Shown: positions 54,627 to 64,000 of the stretch, piece by piece
How the letters are laid out: every line of letters begins with the position of its first letter
Position numbering within the stretch: position 1 is the first letter of the stretch
Assembly: GCA_002633005.1 (NCBI GenBank)
Contig: NMRA01000066.1
Coordinates: 62,001-126,000 of the forward strand
DNA: 64,000 nt
Origin: Phoronis australis
Taxonomy: Eukaryota; Animalia; Phoronida
Direction: 5' to 3'
Notes under the pieces: generated by a model
What the model was told of the DNA's origin: nothing
The model's database searches: none
What the model saw: the letters and a program-made list of their open reading frames with translations, nothing else
Made by a program: the position numbers and the translations under genes

Positions 54627-54850
54627 TCACGAAGTCTTTGGTTCTGATATTTCCAGGCCGATGAACCGCCAGCGTTTTTCAATAGATGCACCCACTCCAT
54701 AGAGATCCTGTCGAAACACTGATGGAACTTTTTCAAGGATATCCTCAATTTCGCTTGACCGTATCGAAATATTAAGTCTTTGTAAGTATGACCAGATATA
54801 GTCAACGCTGGCCCCAAATGGATGAACATGCAAAAACGTCGAGATGACAC
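54627..54850 (-). CDS. ENOX1: ENOX1/2 ortholog, terminal coding exon
   Basis: Acceptor ttacatttcag|GT, phase 1. Reads (G)VISTFLHVHPFGASVDYIWSYLQRLNISIRSSEIEDILEKVPSVFRQDLYGVGASIEKRWRFIGLEISEPKTS*, matching the recalled ENOX C-terminus IISTFLHVHPFGA...GVGA(S/T)LEKRW. Likely co-ortholog of ENOX1/ENOX2. Confidence 0.93.
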
Positions 54851-55837
54851 CTGAAATGTAAGTAAAAATACTTCATTTTGTCAGCTTTCTGATTGTCAAT
54901 TCTTCTTGGTATAAACTAAATTTTGATTAAGTACATTGACATGTATGCAGTTCTAGTTATGACGAACAGCAAAATAAATATAAATATAAACATAATATTC
55001 AATATAATTATGATTTTATGTAGTCCACAATTTCGCCTCATTTTACAGAATTTTATGTTTGACACGTAAAGGTCAGCTTATGTAATACAATGGTTGCATA
55101 ATATTGAACAGAATTAAACTGCAAGTGACGCTATTTTAGTAAAGCTATACCAAGCATTACATCGGTGGGTCAAAAAAGGCCAAGATAAAAAGCAATGAAG
55201 TGGTTCATTAAAGCCAAAAACAACACCATTCCCATCACACCATAACCACAGAAAACGAGAAGTCCTAACTTGCCTTGCTTCACGATCACCACTCGATTCA
55301 TTTTGTCAGGATCACAATATTAAATCAAAGCATTTGTCTATGAGAAATGGGATGTCCCAAGTATTACCTAAACAGAGCTCAGTTGCTCTTGATCCCATTA
55401 CAATCACCAAGAGGCAGAGTTAAACAACCAACATAGCCCCAATTTCCAGGTACACCAAATCACTTGCAGGCAGCTTAAGCAAGTTAATGACTAAACAAAC
55501 TAAAGTACTAATTGCCTTTGGCATGGCTTCAAGTAATCCCACGAAAGTTAAGAAATTATTTAACTCCTGTTCAAGAAGTCGTCTTGTTGAGACAGCTGCA
55601 GAGTCTAGTTTTACGTGCAAGAACAGAATTTACGTCTTGAGATCTCACTATATAATGTGGATTGACTTACGATGGGAGGGGGCCAAGTTGAGGGAGCCAC
55701 TATGTCAATTCAACATACATGATACCAATAATCCCACTTAATGTCACTAATGGGCAGTCCACATAAGGGTGTCTTTATTCACGTCACAAAGAGGCAGACC
55801 ACGTATGGGTGCTTTACTTTGCACTCGTCTTTCCTAC

Positions 55838-55937
55838 CTATAAGCTTTGCCTCCTTGGTGGAGTACTCCAAGGTGCTGGTTGTGGGTACATCCGACTTGG
55901 TCAGATCAACTGTGACAGTTGAAGGCTCGTTCTCCTT
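55838..55937 (-). CDS. ENOX1: ENOX coding exon (linker ending KEAKLIG)
   Basis: Acceptor tcttttcatacag|AAG, donor ATAG|gtagga, 100 nt, phase 0 to 1. Reads KENEPSTVTVDLTKSDVPTTSTLEYSTKEAKLI(G); compare recalled vertebrate EKEALLIG. Confidence 0.85.
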
Positions 55938-56531
55938 CTGTATGAAAAGAACATCTTCATCAGGACAAAATATGACAAAATGGTAAAATCGTAATAATTT
56001 TTAAGATGTACTTTTGTTCCACTTTCCTTGAAGTCATGGTGCTAACTTGTTACTGCACAGCGGAAATCCGCATGTAAGGCTATAAAGCTTGTGCGAGATT
56101 ATGCAATAATATGGCAATTTTGCCCCACATATCTTCAAAGTTTGGAAACCCGCAAATGGTCAAAAGATTATGTTTTTTGGTTCAAAATCTGTGTCTCAAA
56201 GAGACTTTACACTACAACCAAAAGGACTCTATAATGTCATCCATTAGTTTGTGCTGTGTACAGGGCTTTGTTACAAAAACTTTGAGCCGAAAACAAACTT
56301 TCGGGCAGTTTAACGCAGAACAAATTCACCAACCTTGAAACTTCAATCACTTTGAGATAAAAAGATCATCAACCAATCACATGCACCAAGGCTGTAGACA
56401 AGCGGAGCACAAATTGTTTTACTGTAATAACCATTAAAGCTGTGGAGCCAAGTAAAATGTCACTCAACATCTCACCAGACATTGTGAGCAAGTGGTCACT
56501 TAAAAATGTAACAAATAACTTTAAACAGTAC

Positions 56532-56576
56532 CTTCTCTGTTTGCCTCTTTGACTCTTCTTTGGACTGTATCAATTG
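56532..56576 (-). CDS. ENOX1: ENOX 45-nt symmetric coding exon (coiled coil)
   Basis: ttttacag|CAA...AAG|gtactg; reads QLIQSKEESKRQTEK. Phase 0/0 fits both neighbours and continues QGMQQ-QL as in vertebrate ENOX. Confidence 0.75.
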
Positions 56577-57321
56577 CTGTAAAAATCAAACCACAACTGA
56601 AATACAATAATTCGACCTTCTACGAAAAGACGGACTTTCATGGACACAACCCAAATATTTAGTAACCAATGTAGCTAGCATCTGTTCACTTGCACCTCAG
56701 CTGCGAAACGACCATTCCTTGACCAAAACGAAATCTAGGACCTTAAAAAATCTTGAAATACCATTGATCTCAAACTCGGCAATTATTTCATTTTTCATAG
56801 CTGTTGTTTGAAAGCAAAATTGAGCGCTGAGTTGACAAAGTAAAATAGAACAGGAACGAAGCACATTATTTAAGTAAAAATAACACCCGTGTTTCAGACT
56901 GAACACAGCATGATCACAAAAAAACAAAAGATTTGTGTTAACTTGGCTTACTTAACAACTCGATAGTGATGAGGGCAAAATTATATTAAAACAATCGATA
57001 GGTAACAAGTCGTACCGCCGAAACAGCGCTCAGAATAGCTTTTATTTATTCATGTAGAAATGCAAAGTTTACTTGCACTGTGATAGCAGTAACAATAATG
57101 AAGAACAACTTACAATAACAAAACAATGACAGAATTATCCACCCAACCGGACACAAATGTTTAATGTACTTCGAATTTCCACGGACTTTCATTCCCAAAA
57201 TTTCACTGCCATTTCATGAAATCACAAATTCAGTAATAAGCCAGGTTCGTAATCTGTGCAGCACAGCCAACTACCCCACACCAACCCCTGACCTATGACC
57301 CTGTGACCTATGACCTCTGAC

Positions 57322-57497
57322 CTGCTGCATTCCCTGCAGTGCCTGTTGTAGTGCTGTGATCTGCTTGTCCTTCTGCTCCAGCGTGTTCTTCGACTCCGTC
57401 TTCAACAGGTCCACCTCGTTCTTGTAGGCCTCCAGCTGGCAACGCAGAGACTCGTTGTCTTCTTTGTACTGGGCAGAGATCTGGATGGTGCCAGCAG
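57322..57497 (-). CDS. ENOX1: ENOX coding exon (coiled coil)
   Basis: ttctgtttgttag|CT...CAG|gtcaga, 176 nt, phase 1 to 0. Reads AGTIQISAQYKEDNESLRCQLEAYKNEVDLLKTESKNTLEQKDKQITALQQALQGMQQ; compare recalled LKEENDSLRWQLDAYRNEVELLK...QGMQQ. Confidence 0.92.
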
Positions 57498-57974
57498 CTA
57501 ACAAACAGAACAACCGACACTTCACATCCATGCAACAACACTGACAGATCCATGATATTGACAACAAGGATTTTATACATTCACGTTGGGCCAACAAAAA
57601 AAATACCCCCACATCAGGCACATTCCCACAACAGGAATGGTTACAACTGACAACGTCACAGGTCACGTGACAAAAATCAAGACAAACTGTTGGTTTTTAG
57701 GAAATTCAAATATCTATGATCCATTAGTCAAGCAAAGACATCGACCAATCAAGAATAAAAACTAGTGATGACAGGCAGTTGTTAACAGATACGTATGGCA
57801 GACCATAAAACCACAGTAAAATATAGTCTAATGCATTATATACATCAAATTGTGACACTAAGTCATTTGTACACTTATTTTTGGCCTGAAGTCACAAAAC
57901 AAAAATCAATGGATTCTTCGAGAACACACCATCAGGTCTCCATGGCGACAAAGTTACACAAATCTACCACTTAC

Positions 57975-58086
57975 TATCTTTAGCCTGCTTCTTTTTGGGA
58001 GGAGCCTCGCTGTCCGAGTCGGACATCTCCATTTCAGCCTCCTGACGTTCGCTGAGAAATTCCTCCTGTTGAGTGGTTTTAAGTTC
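57975..58086 (-). CDS. ENOX1: ENOX coding exon (EMEMSD acidic/basic segment)
   Basis: ttcttttcag|GAA...GATA|gtaagt, 112 nt, phase 0 to 1. Reads ELKTTQQEEFLSERQEAEMEMSDSDSEAPPKKKQAKD; compare recalled REEEMEMSDD. Confidence 0.9.
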
Positions 58087-60024
58087 CTGAAAAGAACGTA
58101 AAGAGCTATAGGACTCTGAATTACATAAGTGATACAACTGAAGGTTTGAAGAAGACAACATGTATCAACAGAACATGCACAATTATCAATTGAGCTACAA
58201 ATCGACTTGTTCTCAATTCTTAAGCATTGATGCAGACTTCGTTAAGTGGGCACATTTTAAGATGAGCTTATTCAAGTTAAATCGTGACTCGTCTTACATT
58301 TTAGAGATATTACGTATGTTATACATGGTACACTTGGAAAAGATTGGGAGAGAGGTTTGATCTTATGCCGATGTCTCAGTCTCATGTTGGAAAGGTATGC
58401 CAATAGATTGCTACTTACCAACACATCAAACCAAAGTGAAGACCTAACACTACACGACCTCCATCTCATTGGATCCACGTTCAACAGCAAAGTCCCAATA
58501 CTTTTTCAATCAATCAATCAAAACTTCAACATCAACATACACACACTATACACACAAGCTTCATCATGTTCTCGTTAAATGCACCAAATGACAAATTAAT
58601 AGGAAGAAAACCTACATTGATACAAATTGTAATCATTGCAGGTGACGTTTCACAGCAATGCTAATTGCTAGGCTGTAATAGTCCGGTAATTCTCCACTAT
58701 TTCGCACAGGACAAATTTAAAATATTTTCACGGCAGTCAGGGTGTGCTAAGTAAACTGACCACACAGACTTCCCAGTTGACCAGCGTAAGAAATTAATGA
58801 GTAATTAAGCATCGCCAACTGCTAATATGAAAAGTTAACGAAATGTGACCTACGGGTTGACAATGTCGTCCAATTTACAACAATTAAGTAACTTTATCCT
58901 GTTCCAATGTAAAAGTACTTTACGGCATTGTTGGTGAAACAGGCTTTTGAGCTAACCAGGCATCCATACTAGGTCACTCCTTTCACCTCATGTTTCCAAC
59001 AGTTTGAGATGTCTGGTAGGAATGAATGAATTAAGGGGCGAATGTACAATGTTCAGAGGTTATTTAACACAATTAAAGACTGAGGTGAGTATTACTAGGA
59101 TTTATAACACGGCTTTTGTGTGGATACTTACCAAAGAGCCAAACTGACAATGTGCGAATTAGGTGAGGAAAGAAATTTTGACCAAGCTGCCTCATGCAAA
59201 ATGAATGAGGGACAAAATATTATTTTTCCAAATAGCTTTTGGTTTATGAAATCAGGCGAGTGTGCGAAATAAGCGGAGTATTACCGTAACTGAAGCCATC
59301 TTTGTGGTTTTAATCATGAATAATACAAGTTATACTCAAGTTAAGTGTTCTGTAATAAATCTGGTGTAGTTGGTAATTTGATCTACTTACCCACCTAGCG
59401 TTTGCCAAGATAGCAACATCTTCCATGCAAGATTTATGTTATTATTGCTGATAGTAGGACAACACAAAGTTCAATGTAAAACAAGTATCTTGCCACATTA
59501 ATGTATTATCAAAAAATCTGCTAGCTAGTTGCTCAAACACTTGATGACCTATCAGATAGCAAGCATTCACAACTTCACGTCATGTTCTCACACTAACTCT
59601 GAAAGCAGTTCTTCATCACCACACCTCACCTGACCTATACACCATAAACCACACTGTTGGTGCCAGGCAGATTGCATAACAACCTCTGTTGAACCAATGC
59701 CACACTGCTCTGTCACAACTAGCACACACACATTATCAGAAAGATATGCAGTGTCACTGGCGGACCTGACCACTCGCAAAAACTGCAAGCCATGACATTA
59801 GTGTGACAGAACTTGCAGTGACCTCTGGTGGACAAGTGACTCACACCTGCACCGCTCCGCCACATTTTCTCTCACTATCACCATACACATCAGATCCCAT
59901 AGCACCCTCTAGTGGACCCGGATCTCACTTCTCCACCACCCACGTGACACAATCTACCACACATCAGAGAATATCAGCAAGTCAGGACACACAGTGCCCC
60001 CTGGTGGGCCTGTGCCTCACTCAC

Positions 60025-60131
60025 CTGCGTCTGCTTACGCCACAACTCGAGGTTCTTACGCTGCGCCTTGGAGAAATGGTCCCAAGCCTTCTGCTTACTG
60101 GCTACCGTGAACACTTTGTCTATCTGATCCA
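60025..60131 (-). CDS. ENOX1: ENOX coding exon (QKAWDHFSKAQRKN); upstream exons not found in window
   Basis: Donor CAG|gtgagt. Reads DQIDKVFTVASKQKAWDHFSKAQRKNLELWRKQTQ, near-identical to recalled QKAWDHFSKAQRKNIDIWRK. The acceptor cttcttattcctgaag| at 60131 is preferred; a cag| at 60123 is an alternative. Confidence 0.9.
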
Positions 60132-60952
60132 CTTCAGGAATAAGAAGGAGTATCAATGATAGCGCATTGTCAACACACACACACACAGACCGTAACAGTG
60201 CCAGACTATACTAGTTGCTCCGCTGTCCAGCTGTAGCCCTTGGCGTCTTTCTCGCTTACAGAGTGAGGAAACAAAAACCCAACACAATGAACAAGCTCAG
60301 ACGGCGCCATGAAATAATAAACATTCTCAAGAAAATCCAACACTACGACCTTGCCATTCAGACACTGAGTGCAGATAATGTACTCTCCTGGGTCAGCTGA
60401 GTCAACCACCCAGGACACGGGATTGGTTCAGGATGACACCTTCCAATTCACAAACCAATCAGATGACGACCTGGCTGAACTGGTATATGTCAAACGACTG
60501 AACCATGGACAACCATTGTTTTCGGTAAATTTATTTACATTAAACCTAGATAACTCGCAAAGAGTAAATCAAACTGGATCTTGACTAATTCCAAAAGTTC
60601 TAAAGGAGAGCCACATGGTGTAGCATCTATGCTCATGTTGACATTGTCTGGTTTTAGTTTCCTTTCTCTGGACTGCAACATAGACCGTATGCATTGTATA
60701 CTACCATGACCTTCAGGTTACCAGGACTCCAAGCTGCAAACAGTCACTGTCTTATTTACTAACACCTAAACAAAGTGTAGTCATCCACCACGGCTAACGT
60801 GTATGAAACAGACCAGCACGGCACAGCACGGCCCAACACAGCATGGAAAAAAGTCGCAAGCAAGCATCTGTGAGATTCAAATTTTAAGTTCATAACAAAT
60901 TTTCACATAAATCTCAAACCCGATCATTAAACAAGATCAGATGCATGAATTA

Positions 60953-61956
60953 CCATATCCACCAGGGTATAACCCTATTTCGTAAGTTCCGCATACAAGC
61001 CCAATGGCTCAAATATAAGCCCACCACTCTTACCTCCACATCCTTGTTAAATCAAACCGATCTTTTCTGCTGCATGCACACTATTCAAACATAGGTTACT
61101 TGAAAGCTAACTTTGACCAAGCTTGATCAAGCTTACTGGTGGTACATCACCTTAGTTGATATTGTTCTCCGGGCTTAGATATCCTTATTCATACATGTCC
61201 AATCATTGCTCAGTTAGCATGAAAAATACTACTCATGAGCATGGTAAATGAGTCTTGTTCAGCAATCTTGTTATGTCAGTCACCTTTGTCAACACAGAAT
61301 TCCAAGCTTGAAAAACCTAGCCTTTTGATAACAGTTGCTGTGCAACCTTGAATAATTTTGCTGGTCAAAAACATAATTCAAGGCGCTTATCTTAAGCGAA
61401 TTTCATCACCATGCAAAACTCGGTTTCTTACCAAAAATAAACATATCCTATGGGCTGTTCACCAGCAATAATGAAGCTCACATGGTACACTCAAGAGTAC
61501 GAAAATAAAGACATCAGCCACTTAGCTAGCGAGATTATCCTACCTTAGTGTGGAAACTTAATACAGGAGGTCCCAAAACCTTGTCAATGAATAATATTGG
61601 GCAAGCTTGGATAATACTGGGCAAGCTTGAATAATATTGGCAAGCTTGGATAATATTGGGCAAGCTTCAATAATATGGGGCAAGCTTGAATAATACTGGA
61701 CAAGCTTAAATAATATTGGCAAGCTTGGATAATATTGGGCAAGCTCCAATAATATGGGGCATGCTTGAATAATACTGGACAAGCTTGAATAATATTGGCA
61801 AGCTTGGATAATATTGGGCAAGCTCCAATAATATGGGGCATGCTTGAAAAATACTGGACAAGCTTGAAAAACATATATTAGGCTTATGGATGAATGTGTC
61901 ATAGAAAAAATGCTCCCAAATTACAAGCCTTTGGGCTTATACCCTGGCGGATACAG
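60953..61956. mobile_element. Older Tc2/pogo-like non-autonomous transposon carrying a minisatellite
   Basis: Degenerate TIRs ta|ccatatccaccagggtataaccc and gggcttataccctggcggatacag|ca (consensus CCGTATCCGCCAGGGTATAAGCCC), with subterminal ta(c/t)aagccc repeats. Confidence 0.65.
61588..61868. repeat. 20-22-bp minisatellite (~13 units) with 84-bp higher-order period
   Basis: Variants of aataatattgggcaagcttg. The 28-aa periodicity of the spurious minus ORFs reflects an 84-bp tetramer. Confidence 0.93.
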
Positions 61957-62884
61957 CATGTCCAAATTGAGATCAAACAAAGTTTTCAACAAGTTCTTTC
62001 ACAGAAGAAAAACTATGCACATGACCCTATAAAGATGACAGTGGCTGTTTGCAGCTGAAGCATAACTGTCCATTGTCACCATGAATTCTTGCGTCTTGCA
62101 AAAAATTACACCACAACAAGACTTGGGAGGCAGGAATTATGAGGCTACATCAATGGAGTTTCATGACTTGTGAAAGGACATTTACGTCAAGTTCATTTCC
62201 TCATTCTGAGAAAGCAGAGGATTGTGTTTGAATTGGATGCAGTTTCTGCATTTGCTACCAAGGTTGGATAATCTTTCCGATTTAGCTGTTGAGCATTCCT
62301 CTATCGGATTCCAATCCATAAACCGGATCCTTCCGTCAAAGAAACTAACGCTATTAAACTAGTCTTAAATTGCTCCTTAATCAAGACTAGAGGACTTGAG
62401 ACCATAGTAAAAAGTGAAAGTTCGTCAGTGCTTGAGACCAAGCTCGGGCAGTACATTGACACGTTATGACAAGCCAACTTATAGAACTTGGTTTCCAGCA
62501 GTAATCATCTGCCAGTTCTTACGTGCCCAGAGGTCCACTCTAATCAGGGTAAGGAGCAAGTTGAGACAACTTTCATGATCGTCAACGATCCAAATAAATA
62601 GGTATTTTTTCCAACAGAAGGAGGATTTATACACATTTTATGTCGCATTATAAACTTACTTGTAACAGTGAAAACACTTTGCCACTTTACTTTATATAAA
62701 AACACACGACTTAGTCAACATCCTAGTGGGTACAATCCATTTATCATTCCTCATAATTCCTCACCATGTGTTACGAGGCGCATTATTCACCACTGTTAAA
62801 CAGCCTAGACTGTCCCTCCTGTTCAGATGCTCACACAGAAGCAACTTACCAAGTGAACAAATCTGTACATTATAAGAGAGAGGG

Positions 62885-62886
<2 letters not shown>

Positions 62887-62915
<29 letters not shown>
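62887..62915. repeat. (GA)n microsatellite
   Basis: gagagagagagagagagagagagagaga. Confidence 0.95.
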
Positions 62916-63399
62916 TCGAGTGTGCAGTCCCTTTGTATGACACCAGGTAAGTGAATGAGATGAACTGATCAGCTCACATTCCAATCAGTCAGGACATTAG
63001 CAATGCAAGATTTAGGTTTAGGTTTAGTCTTAACCAAACAGTTTCTTCAAAACCAACACGATCATTAGTCAAAACTTGACAACAATGCTTAGTACATGCT
63101 ATTTATTACCAACAATCCAAAATACAAGCAGAGTACTCACTTGATCTCTCTCCAAAGGGACACAAAATGCTTGATTGTATCGGCGCAGTTTCAGAACCAT
63201 GCGACTGTATATGAAATCATGCCTCTTTTTCAAAAAAGCCTTTTTGCTCAGGTGCATGGGCCTAATATGCTTCACTTATAGGTACAGGTGCCTATCATTG
63301 GCATGGGCACATGGCTGAGAAAATGTGATTTCTCTGGACACTTTTCACTTTAAATGGCAATAAAATTGCCTCCATCACAAAAACAACTTTTGATTTAGT

Positions 63400-63586
63400 A
63401 TGAAATTGGTCTCAAATTGTTGCTTAGTCAAATCAGATGTGACTTCAGGACTTCCAAAGAATTCGCACACCAGGCTTTACAAGTTTTATATGCAAAGCAG
63501 GGTCACAAGGAGTAATAAATTGACAGTTATTTGCAAGGCTAGCCATACCTGTCCATCTGAGTAAGGAACAAGTTTGAGACCAATTG
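63400..63586. mobile_element. MITE family D copy
   Basis: atgaaattggtctcaaatt ... aagtttgagaccaattg. Confidence 0.6.
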
Positions 63587-64000
63587 TGCAGCGATAATTG
63601 GCCTCAAATCAAAAGTTGGTTTCTTGGGGTAACCTGCATCAATAACCAATCCAAAAAATTAAATAAATATTAAATTGAGAATGTTTCAACTTCATTTTGT
63701 GGAGGATAAGTCAAGGTACACTTAAATAGCGTCGCTATATCAACACGGTTTTGATATTTGCTCTACATGTGCTTCCCGCATAGATGCATACATCCAATTC
63801 CGAATATAGTATCAGGCACAACTTCACATAGAGGCGAATGGGCCTAAGTACTCGCATATACAGTACCCACAGTTATTACAAGGTTAGGATAATACTCATA
63901 AATTTGTTGACCCCAGGACTGTCACATCAGCGCACGTTTGTATAACGCATCTTCAAAGAGATGGAATACTATACCTACCCAGGCCACTCTTAACCCGAAC

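Noticed and set aside
61558-61902. 114/96-aa repetitive ORFs (IIQACP repeats)
   Set aside because: Translation of the 21-bp minisatellite; not ENOX-like and no splice support.
63988-64000. ttaacccgaac matching the Tc2-like TIR at the window edge
   Set aside because: Only an 11-bp match, truncated by the window, without the subterminal repeats.

Overview
This is AT-rich animal genomic DNA, probably from an invertebrate deuterostome (inferred from composition, repeats and protein similarity; hemichordate-like). It is not prokaryotic: I see no operons, CRISPR array, rRNA or tRNA, and almost all ORFs in the track are spurious. Two spliced genes face each other tail-to-tail. On the + strand are the last two coding exons (46339-46504, 49807-49985) of a FAM155/NALF (NLF-1/Mid1) NALCN-channel auxiliary subunit gene; 1-46338 appears to be part of one very large intron of it. 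On the - strand are six 3' coding exons (60131 down to 54627) of an ENOX1/ENOX2 ortholog whose 5' part was not found in the window. Their candidate AATAAA signals are about 80 bp apart (53156 +, 53238 -). The introns hold non-autonomous DNA transposons (Tc2/pogo-like, hAT, Helentron/HINE-like, several MITE families), minisatellites, faint retrotransposon fossils and two assembly joins (n at 18319; N gap 23458-23759). The most unusual pattern is that three exons have their own 5' splice-donor region tandemly reiterated into the downstream intron, including an in-frame alternative donor in FAM155. Protein identifications rest on my recollection of the human sequences and should be confirmed by BLAST. 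I found no evidence of a wholly new multi-gene system.
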